DNA of 64,000 nucleotides, taken from assembly GCA_030295235.1 (NCBI GenBank), contig AP026149.1, forward strand, positions 62,001-126,000, written 5' to 3'. Below, piece after piece: positions 39,820 to 52,044 of this stretch; position 1 is the first letter of the stretch; every line of letters begins with the position of its first letter. This DNA comes from Fistulifera solaris. Its lineage: Eukaryota. The position numbers and the translations under genes were made by a program. The notes under the pieces were generated by a model. The model had not been told where the DNA came from. It did not search any database and saw nothing but the letters and a program-made list of their open reading frames with translations.

Positions 39820-41337
39820 ATGATCCCTCTATTAAAATTACTATTGCTTCTGCTAACGACAGTTACCGCCGATCGGGTGTACGTTCATCCTCGTGCTTGT
39901 GAAACTGTACGACACATTCGGTTGAGTGTCGGGCCGGAACCGTCGGAAACGACGCGTATCGTTTCGTTTGCGTCACGCTTGAGCAACAATACAACGCACG
40001 TTCCTACCGGAGTCGTTTATTTGGGCACTTCGCCTCTCAATTTAGAAACACGCGTCGTACAACAAGAAGAGAATACACATTATTCCTTAAAAGGAATTGG
40101 AGCCAAAACGGGCAATTTCGGAAACGATTATTATTCACCCTATTATCATCATATTTTGGTCCAAGACTTGCAACCCAATACCGTCTATTATTACCGGGTC
40201 GGATTGGTCGAAGACGAAATTGCGGAAAGAGATAATGCCCGACGAAGACGACAATTGGTACGATGGCCTCCGTACAATCCCGATGGAATACCCTGTCCGG
40301 ATGCTCTCAAGATTCATTCCTTTCGCACCGGTTCTTCTTCGGAGCAACATACTCCTCTAACACTAGCGTTAGTCGGAGATTTAGGACAATTTCCGCATTC
40401 GGAAGATACCATGGCCCGCATGGCCCGGGATGCTGATATTATTGATGTTGCGATATTGGCCGGAGATGTTGCGTATACGGAATTTGATCACCGTCGCTGG
40501 GATACCTTTTTGGATTTCTTTGATGATTATCCACTCTTCAGTAAAGTGCCCTTGCAACTGTGTCCGGGAAATCATGATATTGACAAGGTTGCGGGGAGAC
40601 ACGAAATCTTTTTGGGGTACGAACATCGCTTTCGGATGCCGCGCGTCAAGCCAGCCGAATTGGGAGTCTACGAGGGAGATGATAAGTTATTGAATATGGA
40701 TGCTCCGCCCTATCCTTTACCGTACGAGTGGGGCAATGCGTATTACAGTTTTTCGTACGGAATGGCGAAAATTATCATGATTAGTGCCTACTCGAGTATG
40801 GAACCCGGCTCGACACAATACACATGGATTCAAGAAGAATTGCGAACGGTAGATCGCAACAAGACACCCTGGGTGATTGCCGTTATTCATGTACCTCTCT
40901 ACAATACATTCTCGTTGCACCATCATGATTTACAAATTGTGGCGGCCAAGGAACATTTGGAACCACTCTTTGTCGAGTACTCGGTGAATCTCGTGTTTTC
41001 GGGACACATTCATGCGTACCAACGATCGACCAATGTCGCCTTTGGCAATATTACGGCCACGGGACCGGTGCACATTACCATTGGGGCCGGCGGTCGCAAA
41101 TGTGAGGCACCCTACCAGAACGAAACGCCGGAAGATTGGTTGGAATTTCGCGATGCCACGTTGTACGGATACGGCCAATTGGATTTGGTGGATCGTCACA
41201 CGGCCGTGTGGCAGTGGATTCCGACGGGCAATACGGATGGCGAACGACACGGGAATCCCATTGGCAAGTCCCAAGTGACCGTTCCACCCATGGCGTTTGA
41301 CGACAGTGTGACGATTCAGAATCAACATTTTCTATAA
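39820..41337 (+). CDS. Secreted purple acid phosphatase
   Basis: Signal peptide; LQPNTVYYYRVG; GDLG, GDVAY, GNHD, HVPLY, GHIHAYQR, HITIGAGG. Confidence 0.95.
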   Translation: MIPLLKLLLLLLTTVTADRVYVHPRACETVRHIRLSVGPEPSETTRIVSFASRLSNNTTHVPTGVVYLGTSPLNLETRVVQQEENTHYSLKGIGAKTGNFGNDYYSPYYHHILVQDLQPNTVYYYRVGLVEDEIAERDNARRRRQLVRWPPYNPDGIPCPDALKIHSFRTGSSSEQHTPLTLALVGDLGQFPHSEDTMARMARDADIIDVAILAGDVAYTEFDHRRWDTFLDFFDDYPLFSKVPLQLCPGNHDIDKVAGRHEIFLGYEHRFRMPRVKPAELGVYEGDDKLLNMDAPPYPLPYEWGNAYYSFSYGMAKIIMISAYSSMEPGSTQYTWIQEELRTVDRNKTPWVIAVIHVPLYNTFSLHHHDLQIVAAKEHLEPLFVEYSVNLVFSGHIHAYQRSTNVAFGNITATGPVHITIGAGGRKCEAPYQNETPEDWLEFRDATLYGYGQLDLVDRHTAVWQWIPTGNTDGERHGNPIGKSQVTVPPMAFDDSVTIQNQHFL

Positions 41338-42179
41338 AAGAAAGTGTGAAACAAACTAGAGAATAACAAACAAATGAATATATAAAGTTGATTTTTTTAC
41401 AATGGAAATAAGGAAAAGTCATACAAACGGCATCCGGAACTCTATTTACTTTTACAGGCTTCGTCGGTTGGATGAAAGGTGAGCATTTGGCGAATCCTTC
41501 ATAACAGTCGGAATCTGAATCGGACTCGTGTAGCCAGGAGTCGATAATGTCGCTGCAATTCATTGAAGAAAACATAGCAGGCATTTACGTTCGATGAATG
41601 AACAAAAGCAATGAACATTGATCAAAAAGCCGACAATCGAAAATGTGGCGCCAAAATCGATGTTCAAAAAAATGCGTTGTCTGGCTGTCACTGAAACTCA
41701 AACCCGTGATCCCAAGTGTAAAAAGTAAAAACTCGTTGTGCCACTTGTAGGCCATAAAACCTAGGATCCCATCCTCAAAATCCTGCCATTAGTACAAAGT
41801 ACAGGGCCTGTAATTATATTGGGGTTTGTCTTCATTCTTCATAGTAGCGAAGAGCAAGCTACGGTACCGAGTACCAGGTACGTACTTTGTAGTAGTGAAC
41901 TAAAAACTACAGAGACTCGAGACTCGAGAAAGACTTCGGTTGAGTGTTGAGTAAAACCAAAACTTCATACATTATTGATTTCTTGGTGACAGATTGATGT
42001 CATTCACATTTACGGTTAACCGGTTAATGGTTAATCGATGACCGATGACCCAAGACGAACGACGGACGACGATCAACCGATCAACCCTTCGCATTTCGGA
42101 TGGGCATCTTTTCATGAATCATGATAGAGTGAAGTACTGAGCAGTAAATAGAGTGTTGCAACCTGCAACGTGTTGGGGA

Positions 42180-42403
42180 TAAGGTCTTGGCCCAGGTCGT
42201 TCCAGCCGATCCCCGGGACGGGAATATTCCTGTCCCTTTAATATTGTTTCCCGTCCCGACGGAGGGGACGGGACAGAGGTCAGACGTACATTTAGCCGGT
42301 TACATTTTGTACAGTAAATAATACCTCGACATTCCCGGGACACGTCCCGTCCCGTACCGTCCCGATCACCATAATCCGTCCCGGGGCAAGAGGTGAGACC
42401 TTA
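42180..42403. mobile_element. hAT-type MITE (224 bp)
   Basis: TAAGGTCT / AGACCTTA termini, inner inverted CCCCGGGACGG, GGGAC/GTCCC arrays; 8-bp TSD GTTGGGGA (42172-42179) / ATTGGGGA (42404-42411), 7/8. Confidence 0.82.
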
Positions 42404-42756
42404 ATTGGGGAAGGAACAAGGTTTTCTCGCAATCAGTAAAGAATGACCGAAGGGTATACTTTCAGAAATGTTGAAACGCAGTTCGCAATATGGACACGGT
42501 GATCGAGGCGCAAAGTATCCAAGAACACTATCGACACGTCGCCAATAAAAAAAACCCTGTATGCCCGCATTCTCTGGGATCCGAATTCAGGGGCTGTTCA
42601 CGAACCAACCGACGCTACACTACGGCCGTAGCCAAAAGAATAGAACGCCGGCTTTATTGGAAGGTTTCCAGTCAGTTACAACCTACGTCGTCGACATTTG
42701 CATATAAACACAAACTCCTTTCACAAATAAGAAAACACAAGCATTCGATCAGCACA

Positions 42757-44159
42757 ATGGAGGACCTCTTTGTTGGTAATCTCAATATGGAAGATTGCAA
42801 CGAGCAACAGCAAGGTAAGAATCAAATAGTCAATAGAAGGCTTCGAACATCTTAAACATCGCGTCTCACGAGCTCGTTTGTAATTAGCTATGTTTCAGTT
42901 TGACATGGGTTCTTTGTGTTCCACGAGGGAAGCGGAGAGAACTAGCAACCTTCTTCTCGAAGTCTTTCAGAACGCCTCTAGCAAATGGAATACAACCTGC
43001 GTGGCGCCGCAAATAGCGTCGAAGAATTATGAAGCAAACAAAAACGCGCAATTCCCTCAACTGAGCAATATTCCTTGCCTTGCACGCGTTAGCTATCATC
43101 CGGAACAAACGACTTGTTGGAACTCGAGTTCGGTCGGCTACGGAAAACAAGAAATGAATGGCCACGGGGGCTCGCTGGTAACCGTAGCACAAGATGGAAG
43201 TCATCGCTCTTCTTCAGGTTCCAATCTCTCAGCTAGCTTGGATCCGGCACCTCTACCTTCTTTGATGGTCCAGCGTCATGAAGCAAACAGTTATCCATTC
43301 CAGCAAGAAGAACAGCCACTACCGACCACCGCTAAGACCCGTGATCTGTTGCTCAAGTTCCTCCAACAGAACAGTGGCGACGTGACATTTGCCAAAGAAT
43401 CTTCTCCAATGCCCAAAGCGCCAACTACACTGGCTTCAGTGTGTGACGCGGCGTGGAGTTCCCGCTTTCCGGCAGTGCCGGAACCTTCCCCATTACCAAT
43501 GAATGCGCCCTTTTGTCCCCCCTACGAACAGTGGTGCCGACGAGTCTTACGAGATGCTCCAAAAGCTGTTTATGGCATCGCCGTTGAACAAAGGCGGTCC
43601 CTTGGAACAATGTCAGCGCGGTGGCAGCGACACATTCTTGAATGCAATCCATGACCAGAGCGAACGAAGAGATTCCGCCACCAGACAGCGCACCAACGAT
43701 TATCCCACCATGGAATCTCCTTTAGATGAAATCTACTTGAATTCGTTTCATTGCTTCTTAAGGAAACAGATTGTAATTTTTGAAGCCACTCACGAAGACA
43801 TTGGCAAAATTCAAGGCCGCAACAAAGGTTTGGCACTCCATCAAGTGGGTCTCGGCTGTCGGTATTGCACTCCCTTTCGTCACACGGATCGCAGTCGTGG
43901 TGTCACGTACCATCCTACTCAATTGAGTACGATCTACCAAACGGCCCAAAACTTGGTCAAGAATCATTTCTTTCGCAACTGTCCCAATATGCCTCCCGCC
44001 GTGAAGGAAGAATTGAAGGTCCGATCGAATCGTATCACCAAAAAATTGAATCATCGCGGGGGTGGTAAGCAGTATTGGTCGAACGTCTTGCAAATTTCGG
44101 GGATCGTTGAAGTCGACGGGGGTTATTTTATAAGGAATGATAAGTTATTAATCATGTGA
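42757..44159 (+). CDS. Protein with C-terminal Cys/His domain of a diatom-expanded family; intron 42815-42887, frameshift ~43520
   Basis: Splicing is in frame with ORF 42890; LNSFHCFLRKQI, QGRNK..LHQVGLGCRYC, IYQTAQNL..NHF..NCP, GGGKQYW. Confidence 0.75.
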
Positions 44160-44389
44160 TACTTTTCTAGACTTGACTGTATCAACTAATGGATAACAAT
44201 CAAAGTAAAGTCGGAAGACTTAGAATCGGCATTCGTGAATGAGAATTCTAGCGACTCAGTTTGGCGCGCTTTTATTAACGTGTTTTCCATCTTCATCGGC
44301 GCATCATCATTCCGTCATCCTTTATGTTGAAGAGCAGTATCATCTCTGTAAATCCTTCATCACGACGAGCAGCGGATCCCATTTCTACA

Positions 44390-45052
44390 ATGAGCGCGAT
44401 CTTCTCTGTACTACGAGGCCTTCTTTTCTTACTATACTTCGGATTCCATCGAATACCGACAACAAAGGGCTTTCAGTTCCCCGACCATCATCCTCATGTA
44501 AAACCATTTCTTTCCACTGCAACTCGACGAGACGTTATTCAATCTTTGCTAGTTGTTGCGACAACTTTCGCAACTCAAACAGCCCAAGCGGCTCCCCCCA
44601 TTGCCATCATTGCCGAAGAATTGGGATATTTTCCCGTGACGAATCGTGAGGGCCAGACAGTTTATGTCGCCCAATCCGTGAAACGGACTTCTTCCTCACA
44701 AGCGCAACAATTAGCTTTATTGCTAAAGGACAAAGGTGTTGTCATGGTAGGAACATATTGGTGTCCTCATACCAGTCGACAAAAGGAATTGTTTGGCAAG
44801 GAAGCCTGGTCGAAGATACCGTACGTCGAATGTGCCCCGAAAGGGTATCAAGCCAATCCCAAGTATTGTTTGGCTCAACAAGTGGATGGATATCCTACTT
44901 GGATTTTTCCGAATGGGAAACGGATATCTGGAGAACGACCTTTGTCGTTATTGGCGGAGGAAATTGGATTTCGAGGATTTCGACCCGAATTGGAACAAGA
45001 TATACCGCCATTGGGAGGTGCTTCTTGTCAATTGAGTAATCAAAAACAATAA
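44390..45052 (+). CDS. Thioredoxin-like protein resembling the Trx domain of VKOR/LTO1, probably thylakoid-lumenal
   Basis: YWCPHTSRQKELFGKEAW..IPYVEC, C..QQVDGYPTW; twin-Arg signal TRRDV...TAQA. Confidence 0.8.
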   Translation: MSAIFSVLRGLLFLLYFGFHRIPTTKGFQFPDHHPHVKPFLSTATRRDVIQSLLVVATTFATQTAQAAPPIAIIAEELGYFPVTNREGQTVYVAQSVKRTSSSQAQQLALLLKDKGVVMVGTYWCPHTSRQKELFGKEAWSKIPYVECAPKGYQANPKYCLAQQVDGYPTWIFPNGKRISGERPLSLLAEEIGFRGFRPELEQDIPPLGGASCQLSNQKQ

Positions 45053-45155
45053 TGGATGCGTAAAAAAACAATTGCAGCAACATTTCTTACTTCTGTTTAT
45101 CATGTTTATTTTCACTACCAGTATCGACCATTATTCCTAATTTTTCTCAGGATGT

Positions 45156-45998
45156 TTAATTCGCTTCATCCAAATAATCTTGAATTTGATTCGGCTGCAA
45201 AACTTGAAATTCCCCATCTTTTTGACAATACCCACTTCAATATTGTGCGCCGTCATTTCTCCTTCAAAGCCTTCTCGCAACGTCAAGAGTGCGGTATGGA
45301 TGGCATCTTCCAATTCCATATCTTCCGTCCAACGCTTTTCCAAGAAATTCTTGGCACTGACGTAATTTTTCCCAATCGCCGTGGCGTTCCAACCAAAATA
45401 AGAACCACTGGGATCAACTTGAAAGAGAGCCGGTTTACCGTCACTGTCCAAGCCGGCCACGAGAAGACTAATGCCAAAGGGACGGACTCCGCCACGTTGG
45501 GTATATTCTTGCATCGTCGAGGCCGTGTCGGTTACTAGTTGATGAACGGGCTGGACTTCACCGTATTCACTCAAGTAACTTTGCGAGCTTTTGCGGGAGC
45601 GTTTGACTTTTATGTATGAGTAGAATCAGAAAGAGAGAGGAGAGGACAGGACAGGACAAAGAAGAACCGAAAGTGAGGAGTCGACGATGAAATCGAAAAA
45701 TGACGAAAGAATGAACCGGCGCGTTAGCTTCTTGGCGTACCTAACACGCGATAATCCGGTCCGACTCCCGCGTAACAAAAGCCCGCTTTCGGGGTAATTG
45801 TTTCAATCTTCTGGACGTGTTCGGAATCGACCAACACGGAGGGCAACTTTTGTCCGTCGCAATCACGACACCATCTTGGGCACAAATGCCCAATGCCGTA
45901 CGTCCATTGGCTACGGCGTTTAAAGCATATTCAATTTGTAGAAGTTTGCCCGTACGAGAGAATGTCGTTAAGGAGAAACTGTATGCGGAGTCGCCCAT
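45156..45998 (-). CDS. PSMA2: 20S proteasome subunit alpha type-2; intron 45607-45740, small frameshifts
   Basis: [63 protein letters not shown]. Confidence 0.95.
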
Positions 45999-46830
45999 GG
46001 TAGAAAGAGTGAAAGGTTAATGAAAAGAGTTGGAAAAAAAACTGTGTTCGTTCGTTCGTTCGTCGAAAGACTCTTTACGTAATCAAGAGCAAGTCAGAGA
46101 GAGAAAGAGGGAAAGAAATGCAACGCAATAAAGAAATGAATTGTCAAAGAGTTCTTTTTCAAGAATAATAGGAGTAATCTTTCAATCAAATCAAATGTTT
46201 GCTAGAGTTGTTGTTGTTGTCGTCGATCGCCCTTGGTTTCGTCGTTGCGGCGCAAGGAAACGGAGCGATCGGGATGGAAGATATATTTTCGTCATGTTCG
46301 TGACTGATTCCGCATGCATGGATCCATTCACGAATGATGACTTCGTGCTTCGTCATTCGTGGCTCCTGGGTATGGCACGGGTAGTATCCACGACCGCCAT
46401 TCCCATGTTCCGTTTAAGAAACCATTTGGAAATGTCGAATGTAGAAATAGTATGCAAATATGTAAGTCCCGAAATGCTAAGTGATCAGTCCACCGAAATG
46501 TTTCGTACGACAAACCAAAGTCCTGCGGTACTGCGTTTTTAAAAGACCTTTTCCAGGTTTAGAGCTAATATTGTAGCTGTGGAAGTTATTGTAGCACAGT
46601 GGACACAGGATCCATGATGCACGACAGAACGGAGTCTCTTTGGGATTTCCACCCGGTCGTTTTTGCGAACGTCGACACAAACCTATTTCCCTCCGTCAAA
46701 AAAAAAAGTTTCCCTCCGTCGACTTTCAGAGCACCATTTTTTACTAGCTCTTTAGTAGTGAACTTCGTTCTTTGTCATAACCGCTCCTATTTTCACCTTA
46801 TGTGCTCTAGTAGGAGACAAGAGAAAGCAA

Positions 46831-47622
46831 ATGAAACAAACCAAAGCACAGAATGATTCTTCACTTGATCGAATCGAAATTATGAAACGACAAGAGGACA
46901 CTATTTACCGATCAAAGCTCATCGACTTGCCGACGACCTCTTCTTCTGAAAAGGACGCCCCCGATGGCAACTGCCGCGACAAAATGTTAACGTGGTTTTT
47001 CGAAATTGTCGATTACTTCAAATACGACAAAGAAACAGTCGAAATTGCGGTGAATTACGTGGATCGCTACGACTGTCAAGATCGACTTGATTATCAATTA
47101 ACGTGTATGACCGCCTTGTACACGGCCGTCAAAATCCACGAACGCACGGCGTTGCATCCCAAACTCGTGGCGAGTTTGAGTCAAGGACAATTCACGGAAC
47201 AAGATTTGATACAACAAGAACGGAAATTGTTGCACCAATTGCAATGGCGATTGCATCCACCGACGACTTTGGCATTTGTGCGAGAATTCTTGGGGTGGGT
47301 TCCGGCCGACCAGCGCCAGGTGGTATACGAACTCGCCCAAGTGCAACTGCAACACGCGTGGCGGCTCCCACGGGTGGTTCCTGCGTATACTTGGGCGTAT
47401 GCGGCGGTGTTGAATGCGTTGGAGAGTTTGCATCTGTCGTGTTGTAGAATCCCCATGGAATTTGACCAAGTGGTTCAAACGCAAGCGATCTTGTACAAAG
47501 CCATTTCGGGTGTTTCCTTGAAGAATGCTCTGTCGAAGAAACGCTCTATTCAAAAGGGAATGCGGGTATCTCAGCTGGCTACGGAAGGGGGATCGCCTCG
47601 CACGGTGGTGGTCAATCATTGA
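46831..47622 (+). CDS. Cyclin, diatom-specific (dsCYC) type
   Basis: CRDKMLTWFFEIVD, ETVEIAVNYVDRY, YQLTCMTALYTAVKIHE, LQWRLHPPT. Confidence 0.9.
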   Translation: MKQTKAQNDSSLDRIEIMKRQEDTIYRSKLIDLPTTSSSEKDAPDGNCRDKMLTWFFEIVDYFKYDKETVEIAVNYVDRYDCQDRLDYQLTCMTALYTAVKIHERTALHPKLVASLSQGQFTEQDLIQQERKLLHQLQWRLHPPTTLAFVREFLGWVPADQRQVVYELAQVQLQHAWRLPRVVPAYTWAYAAVLNALESLHLSCCRIPMEFDQVVQTQAILYKAISGVSLKNALSKKRSIQKGMRVSQLATEGGSPRTVVVNH

Positions 47623-48109
47623 TGTCACGCTTGTATAATAAGTCCTGATGAATGATAGATAGAAAGATAAAGAGGAAACAATAAGAATAATATTATAGAA
47701 TTGGTGAATAGAGGAAAAGTTAGTACAAGTAATCAGTGGAGAGAGTTAGCTAACTCATCGGTCATCGGTGATGTTAGTCAACCGAAGGCGGCGACATTTT
47801 TCGGAAGGTGAGTTGTTAAGAACGTCGAGGAATCGGAGTACATTACCGTTGGTTCTGTAAAACGTTTCGGTTGTGACGTGGTTCAAGTTCAACGGTCTCG
47901 TCCGTTGAACCACGGGCGACGTACGTACGCGTCGTGAATCACATGAGTCAGTCACGAGGAAGCACCAACAACCAGAAAACAAAAACAAAATAAAAAAAGA
48001 TAAGCAAACAAGTATTATGAATACAGTAGCGTCGTCATTCATTCATTCATTCATTCATTCTTTCTTTCTTTCTTTCTTTTGCCACAACATCTTCATCCAT
48101 AAGTCTACA

Positions 48110-49594
48110 ATGTACATGATGCTATCTACAGTTCTATCGAAAAGAACGGCACTGCGATATCTTTCGACAAAGGCAGTGGAAAGCGTCGACGTGTTAATTG
48201 TCGGTGGCGGTGTGGTGGGCCTCGGAATGGCCGCATCGTTGCAACGCACGTTGCCGCATTTGCAGGTGCGCGTCCTCGAAGTGGGACAAGCTCCCTCATC
48301 GGCTTCGAAGGATTCTTTAGTACCACATCCTCGCTCGTATGCATTGTCACCGGCATCGTTGCAGTTTCTGCAACTTACCGATGATGATTCTTCACAAGAA
48401 CAACCACAACAACAACAACAACAACAACAACAAGATTTGGGATTTTATCAACGCATGCAAGTTTGGGAAGCTCGACAACCGGCGTTTTTGAATTTTGGAA
48501 TCGAAGATTTAACTTCTTCTTCTTCTTCTTCTTCCAGTAAAAGTTGTCTTGGAGCCGTAGTGGAAGATTCGTTTCTCATACAAACATTATCGTCACGACT
48601 CGCGCCCGATACGATACAATACGAAGCAACCGTGATTGATTGGCAATTACCATCGCACACATCCCAAGGTCTTGCGCAAGTGACACTGAATACAGGAACC
48701 CGTGTGCAATGTCAATTACTGGTCGCCGCCGACGGGGCGAATTCTCCCCTTCGGAAACGATTGGGGATTGCCTCGCGCGTGCACGAGTACGGTGAGACAG
48801 CCTTGACGTGTACTGTCGAAATTGATGATGACGACTCCTCCGGTATGCAACACTGTGCCTTTCAACGATTTGTGGGAAATGAAGGGATTTTAGCATTGTT
48901 GCCAACACGATCAAATCGTCATGCGATTGTGGTGTGGAGTACGCGTCCGGAACAGGTAGAACATTGGAAGAAGGTACCGTTGGCGCAATTGATGGAGTAT
49001 TGGAATCAATTGTTACAACAAGGACCACAACGACTCGATCCTTTGTTTCCCAGAACCGATATTCCTGTCTTGTCGAATATACAATACGGAGCCGAGAAAG
49101 TTTGGGAAATGATTCAGTACGGATCAACACTCGCGAGTGTGACGCATCGAGCCGCACAACAATCCTTCCTACTACCGCCATTGTTACTCCAAACGGCGTC
49201 GCCTCTCTTGTCCTTTCCTCTCCAACTGCGACAAGTGGCGCGGTATACCGCACCGCGTGTCGCATTGGTGGGTGATGCTGCACATACGGTGCATCCCATG
49301 GCGGGGCAAGGATTGAATTTGGGACTACAGGATTTACAATGCTTGCTAAAGCATTTGCAGAAAGCCGATGATGCGGGCATGGATTTGGCAACATTTATTG
49401 AAAACGGATACGAACAAAGTCGACAGCAACAAGTGTTGGCCACGGTACAAGGCATTCATGCCTTGCATCAATTGTTTCGGAGTCAGAGCACGATCCTACA
49501 ACATTTGAAAACATTCGGGATGAATGTGGTGCAGACGGTTCCACCCGTGCGGAGTTTACTCGTTCAAGCAGCCTGTGGTGGACTTGGTCGATAA
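48110..49594 (+). CDS. COQ6: Ubiquinone biosynthesis monooxygenase COQ6
   Basis: IVGGGVVG, MQVWE, LLVAADGANS, AFQRF, LVGDAAHTVHPMAGQGLNLG. Confidence 0.92.
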   Translation: MYMMLSTVLSKRTALRYLSTKAVESVDVLIVGGGVVGLGMAASLQRTLPHLQVRVLEVGQAPSSASKDSLVPHPRSYALSPASLQFLQLTDDDSSQEQPQQQQQQQQQDLGFYQRMQVWEARQPAFLNFGIEDLTSSSSSSSSKSCLGAVVEDSFLIQTLSSRLAPDTIQYEATVIDWQLPSHTSQGLAQVTLNTGTRVQCQLLVAADGANSPLRKRLGIASRVHEYGETALTCTVEIDDDDSSGMQHCAFQRFVGNEGILALLPTRSNRHAIVVWSTRPEQVEHWKKVPLAQLMEYWNQLLQQGPQRLDPLFPRTDIPVLSNIQYGAEKVWEMIQYGSTLASVTHRAAQQSFLLPPLLLQTASPLLSFPLQLRQVARYTAPRVALVGDAAHTVHPMAGQGLNLGLQDLQCLLKHLQKADDAGMDLATFIENGYEQSRQQQVLATVQGIHALHQLFRSQSTILQHLKTFGMNVVQTVPPVRSLLVQAACGGLGR

Positions 49595-49956
49595 TTAATC
49601 AATCAATCAAAAGTATAGGTAGAGAGTTGTACATTCGGTCAAGCTTTTTCGTATCAAAAGGGGGAAAACGAGAATGATGAGGAGAAAAAGCATACCTGGT
49701 ACCAAGTAGCTTTCTAACTCTAACCCAGCCGCTAAAATGAACGACTGAGTACAGAATACAAAGTATGATGGCGACGATGACGTGTTACTGGTGATTCGCG
49801 CGCAAAACATCAGGAAACCGACAAAATAATTCGTCCGCCTATTTGCTCAATGCTCAAGGACGAAGAAAAAGAGCTCATTATTATTATTATTATTATTCTC
49901 ACAATAGCATCGAATTTCGCTGGATATAGTAGTCTCAAGTTGTTAAAAGCACAATT

Positions 49957-50802
49957 ATGTTTGAGTTGCAGCAGCAAATACTTTCTTCGAAAGACGACAA
50001 GGCACCTGTCGTGCATCTCCGATTAGCACTCTTGGCGTGTGAGAACCATCCACCGTACGGTCCTCCGCGTCATACAGCTCAACTCTTTCTCGAATTATTG
50101 CATCAAGTAGCTTTGCTGGATGATTTCAATTCTTACCACATCCTCATTCATGTTTACAATGTTATTGCGGAAGAATATCCGACCGATTGGAGGGAGTATC
50201 AAGGATTTATTTTGCCCGGATCGTTTGCGGCAGCCTACGATAGCGATCCCTGGATCCTCACTTTGCGAAAGCAATTGCAAACACATATTGTTGCGAACGA
50301 ACGTCCGACGTTGGCAATTTGTTTTGGACACCAGATCATGGCCCATTCGTTCTTTCCCGACGGTCAAGCGGCGAAAATGTCGCAAGCTCGCGCCGGTCGG
50401 TATGAAGTCGTGTCCGATTCGTACCTGGGAACTACATGTTTTTCGCAATTCTTCTCGCACGGTGATTATGTCGAGAAACTGCCGAATACCGCCACAACTT
50501 GGGGGAATAGTGATCCCGATGTACCGGTACAAATCGCCGCTTATTATGGTTCTTCTTCCTCCCAACCGTACTGCATTTCGTTCCAGGCGCATCCCGAATA
50601 TGCCACCGAAGACAGTTTGGGAACGTTACGGGGATGTATGGACGCAATGAAAGAGCGGAATGCCCTGACTACCGGAAAATACGAGCAACAAATGCAGGAT
50701 GCCGACACCACACATGGTGCCGTGAAGGCTTCCAATTTACAAGTGATGCGACGTGTCGTCCAAACGCTGGGTTGGTTTCCGACGCAAGAAGCGGGACCAT
50801 GA
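49957..50802 (+). CDS. Class I glutamine amidotransferase-like protein
   Basis: ILPGS...YD..PWI, AICFGHQ, SHGDYV, FQAHPE (Cys-His-Glu triad). Confidence 0.88.
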   Translation: MFELQQQILSSKDDKAPVVHLRLALLACENHPPYGPPRHTAQLFLELLHQVALLDDFNSYHILIHVYNVIAEEYPTDWREYQGFILPGSFAAAYDSDPWILTLRKQLQTHIVANERPTLAICFGHQIMAHSFFPDGQAAKMSQARAGRYEVVSDSYLGTTCFSQFFSHGDYVEKLPNTATTWGNSDPDVPVQIAAYYGSSSSQPYCISFQAHPEYATEDSLGTLRGCMDAMKERNALTTGKYEQQMQDADTTHGAVKASNLQVMRRVVQTLGWFPTQEAGP

Positions 50803-51023
50803 CCACAACATCCGCCAAGTGTATAGTACGGAGTAAGTATGTAGAAGGTATTTGAGTTACTGGAGTTATCAAAACGATAGATAACTGCCTTTTTAACAGA
50901 CGAATTCGTATACTTCTCAGGGTCTACACCTTTCGATCGACACGTAATCTGCTTGTAAAGAAATTGACACAATCAGCTTGGTCACGGGTGTTTGTTTCAT
51001 ACTTTAACGTTTAAAAACATAAT

Positions 51024-52044
51024 CTATTTCAATTCTCCACAATCCTTAATGATCACTTTTTGCGAAGTGGCTCCACTTTGGCTTCCGACCTTTTCGATCG
51101 CATCAACAACCTCCAGTCCCTCCACAACTTTACCGAAAACTGTGTAGTCCAGTAACGAAATTGCGTAATAGCAAGAAGATAGCGAATTCATTCGTGCGGT
51201 TGTGTGAGTGAGTGAGCGACTTCAGATAACTGCAACCCACAAAGGCGCTTTTCATTTTCATTTCACTGGTTCCACGTACCGACATGTTTGCCATTCAACC
51301 AGGGCGTGTCAACGGTACAGATGCTATAGAAAAACGTAGATCAAGGCAAATTAGTGTCATAAAAAGTGTGTGAGAAGCCCTCTCGGAATTATCGAAAGAC
51401 TCCGAGTGAAAATGATCGAGTCGTCCACTTACAAAACTGCAAGGAAAAAACAATAATACGTGCCGTGAGTGCGAGCGATTTCAATAAACATCATCTCGAA
51501 AACCAAACAAATTACTTACACTGCGATCCGTTCGTGTTGGGGCCGGCGTTGGCCATGCTTAAGATGCCTGAAAAAAAGAAAGAAAAAATCGAATGAGCTC
51601 CAGCGCCCAGTCAAGCGAAAAAGACATGAAATAGCTCGCGAATATGACCATACCTTTTCCTTCGTGCTTGAGAGAAAAGTCCTCATCTTCAAACTTGGTG
51701 CCGTAAATGGATTTTCCGCCCGTACCGTTGTGGTTGGTGAAATCACCCCCTTGACACATGAATTGAGGAATAACACGGTGGAACGAAGATCCTTTGTAGC
51801 CGAATCCTTTCTCACCGGTGCACAAGGCACGGAAATTCTCGGCTGTCTTGGGCACAACATCATCACGGAGTTCAAACGTGATACGGCCCGCATCTTTACC
51901 TCCGACTTCCATGTCAAAAAAGACCTTTGTCAGATCGAGTGCCGCAGAGGTGCGCGAATACGAACGAATGGCGGTGCGCTGTACAAACGCGGCCGACGAC
52001 GAAAGTGTCAAGAGGGAAGCGGAAAACATGGTACTAATCTTCAT
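51024..52044 (-). CDS. Cyclophilin PPIase with plastid-type presequence; exons 52044-51654, 51567-51520, 51436-51433, 51323-51280, 51139-51024
   Basis: [31 protein letters not shown]; spliced [40 protein letters not shown] presequence. Confidence 0.95.

Noticed and set aside
41075..41584. 169-aa minus-strand ORF
   Set aside because: Overlaps the phosphatase 3' end, no recognisable domain
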